Part shown: one piece after another, positions 59,408-64,000 of the stretch | How positions within the stretch are numbered: the stretch's first letter is position 1 | Layout: each line of letters begins with the position of its first letter | NCBI GenBank assembly: GCA_964372935.1 | Contig: CAYJRF010000003.1 | Location: 3,903-67,902 of the forward strand | Length of the DNA stretch: 64,000 nt | Reading direction: 5' to 3' | From: an uncultured Candidatus Saccharibacteria bacterium | Lineage (GTDB): Bacteria > Patescibacteriota > UBA1384 > 2-12-FULL-50-11 > DASWYB01 | Notes under the pieces: generated by a model | Databases searched by the model: none | What the model saw: only the letters and a program-made list of their open reading frames with translations | What the model was told of the DNA's origin: nothing | Made by a program: the position numbers and the translations under genes

Positions 59408-59790
59408 ATACAGAATTTATTCGAAAATTCAAAGAGATATTAGTTGACCTTGAAAAGAGAGGTACGGTTTTCCTGTTAGCTATTCTAAAAATGGATGATG
59501 CGACCGACAAGTGGACGGTTGTGCTTAGCGCAGAATGGCTAAAAACGACGACTCAATTGGAAGCTTTTTCAATAATTAGATCAAAATTGTTAGATAAGCT
59601 TAATGAGCAGGAAAGATCGACTATCGCAAGAATCGGTATTTTTACTGAAGATGACCATTTAGTAGAAATGATGGTAGACAAGCATAGAGCGGATGAATAC
59701 ATTGACAATGTAGAGAAAATAAATGGGAACCTCGTCCACGAGGGCTATGTGTTTGCGGCACAAAATCCCATTCGCTTGCGCTCTAGTTAG
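59401..59790 (+). CDS. hypothetical protein (129 aa), translationally coupled partner of the HEPN-like gene
   Basis: Start ATG overlaps the upstream stop by 7 nt (ATGGTAG); no recognisable motif. Confidence 0.4.
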   Translation: MVDTEFIRKFKEILVDLEKRGTVFLLAILKMDDATDKWTVVLSAEWLKTTTQLEAFSIIRSKLLDKLNEQERSTIARIGIFTEDDHLVEMMVDKHRADEYIDNVEKINGNLVHEGYVFAAQNPIRLRSS

Positions 59791-59975
59791 TAATCATTTT
59801 ACGTTTGCGGCACTTGTTCCCGGACTGTTTTATGGTTTAAAAATGAGACCCTGGAATAGTTTCTCTGTCTCTGAACGTGTCAGTCAACCTTACCTTGCCG
59901 TATGGCGTGTTATGAGGGTGCGGTTGAGCTCGGGCAAAACTTGACACTAACTGCCTCCCTGACGACAATAGGCCC

Positions 59976-60554
59976 ATGGATCGCTCAACCGCGTTGGCCG
60001 AAGTGGCTCAAGATTTGCGGGCCGTGTCGCTCTATCAAGACGCCAATTTTGTCCCGGGCGAGGGCAGCCCAAACGCCCAGGTGATGTTTGTGGGCGAGGC
60101 GCCGGGCCAGAAAGAAGACGCTTCGGGACAGCCGTTCGTGGGGGCCGCGGGGCGATTTTTAACTGAAATGCTCGAACTAATCAGCCTGAAACGAGGCGAC
60201 GTTTTTATCACCAACATCGTTAAGCAACGCCCGCCCGACAATCGCGATCCCTTGCCCGCCGAAATCGCCGCCCATTGGCCGTTTCTCGAGCGGCAAATCG
60301 CCATAATTGAGCCGCGGATTATCGTGATGCTCGGCCGACACTCGATGGCGCGGCTTCTTCCGGGCGTTGGGCCGATATCGCAAGTTCACGGCCGGCCGTA
60401 TCGTCGCCAAGACGGACGGGTTTACCTCCCCCTGTACCATCCGGCCGTCGCCCTGTATAACGGCAGTATGCGCCACGTCCTGATGGCCGATTTTCAAAAA
60501 ATTCCGCCAATTCTAAAAAAAATTAGCCCGGCCGATTCGACAGGTCTCGCTTAG
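59976..60554 (+). CDS. udg: uracil-DNA glycosylase, family 4
   Basis: 192 aa; motif GEGSPNAQVMFVGEAPGQKEDASGQPFVGAAG; TTGACA-17-GACAAT promoter just upstream. Confidence 0.85.
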   Translation: MDRSTALAEVAQDLRAVSLYQDANFVPGEGSPNAQVMFVGEAPGQKEDASGQPFVGAAGRFLTEMLELISLKRGDVFITNIVKQRPPDNRDPLPAEIAAHWPFLERQIAIIEPRIIVMLGRHSMARLLPGVGPISQVHGRPYRRQDGRVYLPLYHPAVALYNGSMRHVLMADFQKIPPILKKISPADSTGLA

Positions 60555-60572
60555 CTTTGCTACCATAAACCT

Positions 60573-61988
60573 ATGCGGGCCCACTTTATCGGCATCTGCG
60601 GCACGGGGATGAGCGCCGTCGCTAAATTACTGCGGGAAAGCGGCTGGCAAGTTTCCGGCTCGGACGAAGGTTTTTATCCGCCCATCAGCGATTATCTCGT
60701 GGAAAATAATCTCCCCTGCGCCCCCCGTTACGCCGCCGAAAACATCCCGAAAGACAGCGATCTTATCGTGATTGGCAAGCACGCCAAATTAGTGCCGGAA
60801 GAGAACGTCGAGGTCAGAGCGGCCATGGCCAGCGGCGTGCCGATTAAATCCTTTCCGGAAGTCTTAAACCAGCTCACGGCCAGCACGACCAATTTCGTGG
60901 TTGCCGGCAGCTACGGCAAGTCAACTTGCGCCGCCCTCGCGGCGTGGGCTTTGACGCGCGCCAACAAAGATCCCAGCTACTTTATTGGCGCCTTGGCCAG
61001 TAATTTGCCCAGCAACGCCCATATTGGGCACGGGCCGGATTTCGTCCTCGAGGGCGACGAGTACCCGGCCGCCAATTGGGACGCCAACGCCAAGTTTCTT
61101 TACTATAACCCTCGAAGCGTCCTGTTAACGAGCGGGGAACATGACCACGTTAACGTCTTTCCAACCTTGGAGGCCTACCTGACGCCGTTCGTCCAGCTCC
61201 TCTTGAGCTTGCCGCCGAACGGGACCGTCGTGGCTTGCCTTGACGGCGCGAATGTCGCGACGATTTTAGACCGCGCCGGCCGACAAGCCCAAACGTACAG
61301 TTTAGCCGACACCGCCGCCGATTGGCGCGCCGACAACATCGTCAAAGACGTCCAGACAACCGCTTTCGATTTGGTATACCGCACCGAAAAAATCACTGGC
61401 ATCGTCTCAACGCTCATGGGGGAGCACAATATCCAAAACATGATCGGCGTGGCGGCGTGGCTGCTGGGCCACAACCTTCTTTCACCAACCGAGGTTGCCG
61501 AGGCTTTCGGCGAGTTTCGCGGCGTTAGACGGCGACTGGAACTGCGCACCCCCAAGACAAAGATTCCCGTCTACGAAGACTTTGGCAGCTCGCGCGCCAA
61601 GGCCCTTGCCGGTCTGCGCGCCGCTCGAGCCCAATTTCCCACCCGACGACTCATCGTCCTGTTCGAGCCGCACACTTTCAGCTTTCGGAATCGCGATGTT
61701 ATCGGGTGGTACGATGACTTATTTCATGACGCCAATCTCGTGTTCGTTTATCAACCTCCCGCCCACGGCGCCGCCACTCACGACCAGCTCACCCAAGACG
61801 AAATAGTTGATCGCGTTCGACAGACCGGCAAGACCGTCTACCCCTTCGCGACCAAGGACCAGTTGATTGAACTCCTGGCCCCGATGCTGACGCCCAACGA
61901 CGCCATTCTCATCGAGACGAGCGGCGATATGGGCGGAACGATTCAAGCGGTGGTTGACTACGTTAACCAGACATACGCCGCGATTTAG
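60573..61988 (+). CDS. Mur ligase family: UDP-N-acetylmuramate--L-alanine ligase or murein tripeptide ligase (MurC/Mpl)
   Basis: 471 aa; N-terminus FIGICGTGMSAVA...GSDEGFYPPIS (MurC/Mpl type), central GSYGKST P-loop. Confidence 0.8.
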   Translation: MRAHFIGICGTGMSAVAKLLRESGWQVSGSDEGFYPPISDYLVENNLPCAPRYAAENIPKDSDLIVIGKHAKLVPEENVEVRAAMASGVPIKSFPEVLNQLTASTTNFVVAGSYGKSTCAALAAWALTRANKDPSYFIGALASNLPSNAHIGHGPDFVLEGDEYPAANWDANAKFLYYNPRSVLLTSGEHDHVNVFPTLEAYLTPFVQLLLSLPPNGTVVACLDGANVATILDRAGRQAQTYSLADTAADWRADNIVKDVQTTAFDLVYRTEKITGIVSTLMGEHNIQNMIGVAAWLLGHNLLSPTEVAEAFGEFRGVRRRLELRTPKTKIPVYEDFGSSRAKALAGLRAARAQFPTRRLIVLFEPHTFSFRNRDVIGWYDDLFHDANLVFVYQPPAHGAATHDQLTQDEIVDRVRQTGKTVYPFATKDQLIELLAPMLTPNDAILIETSGDMGGTIQAVVDYVNQTYAAI

Positions 61989-62332
61989 CTTCTAAAAGAG
62001 TGGCGCAGGCCTTGCACGATAAAATTCATCGCCCCTAAGAGTAAACTGGCCAGCAAGGCCGAAGTAAACCCGTCAACGACAAAGCCTTTGACGATGGTCG
62101 AAGCAAGCCACAGCATGAGGGCGTTGATTGCGAAGGTGAACAGCCCGAGGGTTAAAAAATTGACCGGGAGTGTCAGCAATAAGACAATCGGGCGGATAGT
62201 CAAGTTGATCAGTCCGAGGATAATCACCACCACTAAAGCGGTGTACAGGCCGCCCACGGCGACCCCGGGCAAAAGCCGATCAATGACCAACAAGCTGACG
62301 GCGTTAATAAGCCACAGTATCAGGAGCGACAT
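61985..62332 (-). CDS. DUF360-like (phage-holin-family IV-like) small membrane protein
   Basis: 115 aa, 4 TM helices with a pattern typical of the YvlD/DUF360 family. Confidence 0.55.
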   Translation of the reverse strand: MSLLILWLINAVSLLVIDRLLPGVAVGGLYTALVVVIILGLINLTIRPIVLLLTLPVNFLTLGLFTFAINALMLWLASTIVKGFVVDGFTSALLASLLLGAMNFIVQGLRHSFRS

Positions 62333-62425
62333 GATGCGATTATCTCCAGAGCGCTTCGATCGGACTCAAATTCATTTTAACCTCCTTTGGCAACCGGCAA
62401 ATTAGCCCGCCTTACCACCAAACCG

Positions 62426-62743
62426 TCAGTTGGCCACAAACCGCCACAGCAAACTTAGTTCAAGCCAATAGCACAGGCCGTTGATTGCCACCGCCTTGGC
62501 GTTCACCCCCCCAACGCGCCACATCTGGCCGTTGATGACCACATCGCGACCGTAAAGGGAAAGCGGAAAATGGCTTAGCCACGGCCCGCCGCCGTGGCGC
62601 GTCGCATAGAGCGCCAAAGCAACCAGCAGGGCCGCCGATATCCCGCCCCAAAACACCGCCGGCCAACGCCGCCGCCGATCGCGCCAGACAAACTGGTAGT
62701 TCAAGATCGACAGCACCCCTACCAATATGATAATCACCCACAC
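62426..62743 (-). CDS. small hypothetical membrane protein
   Basis: 105 aa, hydrophobic; weak. Confidence 0.3.
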   Translation of the reverse strand: MWVIIILVGVLSILNYQFVWRDRRRRWPAVFWGGISAALLVALALYATRHGGGPWLSHFPLSLYGRDVVINGQMWRVGGVNAKAVAINGLCYWLELSLLWRFVAN

Positions 62744-62940
62744 AAGGCTATTATAACCCTCGCCGGACGATTATTGCCAGCCGTCGGCCTTCACACTCTC
62801 CAGCTCGGAGCGCATAATAAAGCTATTCCACGGGAGGCGGCACGCCAATCAATGACCACCAGTTGGGGCTAAGCTACCAAGATATCGCCGAAAAGCGGCA
62901 GGCGAGTTTTATTTTTGGGCTGTCGCTAATTAGCCTAACC

Positions 62941-64000
62941 ATGCTGGCAACTTATGCCGCCATCATTATCTTCGTCAACCATCACTACAACGACCTGATT
63001 CAAATCAGCATTCTTTTCCTATTCTACCTTTTATTGGTTTCGGTCGTCCGCGAAAACAAGGTCCGAATTGCCGCCCTGCTCATCACCACCGTCGGCGGCA
63101 TTGGCTACTTTTTCTTGATCTACGGCGATCGAACGGGCGACTCCGGACTCCTTCTGCTGAACACCTACCCCATTCTAACCTTCTTCCTCCTCGGCCGCCG
63201 TCGGGGCATGGAGTGGTCGCTCGGCTTTACTGTCGTCCTGGCGATCGTCTTCCTGCTCGATCACTTTAACCTTATCCCCTTACCCTATGCCAACGAAGCC
63301 ATTCGCGACTTCGCGGTGGGTTATCTCGTCACGTTGATTATGATCTACTTTTACGAAGATCTCATTGTGACGGGCGAGCGCCTGATTCTCAATCGCGATC
63401 AACTCTTGGCAACCGAGCGCGATCAGGCCCAAGCCGTGGTCACCTCCATCGGCGAGGCGGTGTTCGTGGTCGATCAGAGCCAAATCATCACCTCGGCCAA
63501 TCCCATGTCGGGCGAACTCCTTCAGCGGAAGACGCCCGCCCTGATTGGCCATAAATTGGGAGCGGTTTTTCCGCTTTACCAAGGTCAAACCGCCCTCCGC
63601 GGCGCGGCCCATCCCGGGACCATGCCGCTGGTGACGCGCCACCTTGCCACCATCAATATTGACGATAATACCTACGCCGCCAGAAGCGACGGCAGTCGTT
63701 TTCCGATTACTTTAGTGGCGGCCCCGCTCGATCGCGCCGGCACCACTACCGGTACTGTCGTGGTCTGGCGCGATGTGACCGAAGACAAGGCCGCCGAGAC
63801 CGTCATCGAGCGCAAAGTTCGCGAGCGAACCCGTGCCATGGAAGAGGCCCGCGCCCGACTGCTGGCCTCGATCAACAGTCTGCGTCAGGGCTTTATGATT
63901 ACCGGCGAAGGACGCTCGATCACCATGCTCAATGCCGCGGCCGTGGCCATTTTTTGCGGCGCGCCGCCGGATACCAGCACCAAGGAACGTCGCGCCATTG
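62941..64000 (+). CDS. membrane-anchored PAS-domain sensor protein, probably a histidine kinase (5' part; runs off window end)
   Basis: Open frame from ATG 62941 with no stop to 64000; about 5 TM helices then PAS-like segment (...ERDQAQAVVTSIGEAVFVVD...GTVVVWRDVTEDK...); not in the ORF track because it has no stop. Confidence 0.55.
   Translation, partial: MLATYAAIIIFVNHHYNDLIQISILFLFYLLLVSVVRENKVRIAALLITTVGGIGYFFLIYGDRTGDSGLLLLNTYPILTFFLLGRRRGMEWSLGFTVVLAIVFLLDHFNLIPLPYANEAIRDFAVGYLVTLIMIYFYEDLIVTGERLILNRDQLLATERDQAQAVVTSIGEAVFVVDQSQIITSANPMSGELLQRKTPALIGHKLGAVFPLYQGQTALRGAAHPGTMPLVTRHLATINIDDNTYAARSDGSRFPITLVAAPLDRAGTTTGTVVVWRDVTEDKAAETVIERKVRERTRAMEEARARLLASINSLRQGFMITGEGRSITMLNAAAVAIFCGAPPDTSTKERRAI

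Overview
The window is a 64 kb, mostly GC-rich (about 60%) bacterial chromosomal segment with densely packed housekeeping genes; all gene calls rest on motif reading and gene order only, with no database searches or computations run. Gene content and compact organisation are consistent with a small-genome, possibly Patescibacteria/CPR-like, organism, but this is inference. Supportable content: competence and recombination genes (comM 3' end, comEA, an apparently split comEC, recG, ruvA, ruvC), pyrimidine genes (pyrF, pyrE, pyrD-like), grpE-dnaK-short dnaJ, gpmI, lepA, murJ, ftsH, nrdAB, a pentose-phosphate cluster (fba, split tkt, rpe, rpiB), mutL, mutS, dinB, udg and mpl/murC. Six tRNAs are present: Leu, Val-CAC, Lys-UUU, two with CAU anticodons, and an unusual Ile-UAU. 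Four AT-rich islands (about 37-48% GC judged by eye on sampled 60-nt lines) interrupt the GC-rich backbone. The most interesting is at 17.3-25.4 kb: a co-directional operon of an adenylate-forming PaaK-like enzyme, an E1/ThiF-like enzyme with an N-terminal extension, an Acg/SagB-like nitroreductase and a SAM methyltransferase, preceded by a possible 21-codon Cys-rich peptide ORF and a perfect 14-bp palindrome, and flanked by an orphan GAF histidine kinase and a stand-alone receiver. This looks like a horizontally acquired peptide- or small-molecule-modification system that lacks YcaO. Other candidates are a two-gene HEPN-like module in an AT-rich islet after dinB, an AT-rich nrdAB island, and an AT-rich secreted-protein gene lying between two identical 41-bp direct repeats next to tRNA-Ile(UAU). 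No CRISPR array, rRNA or obvious transposase was seen.
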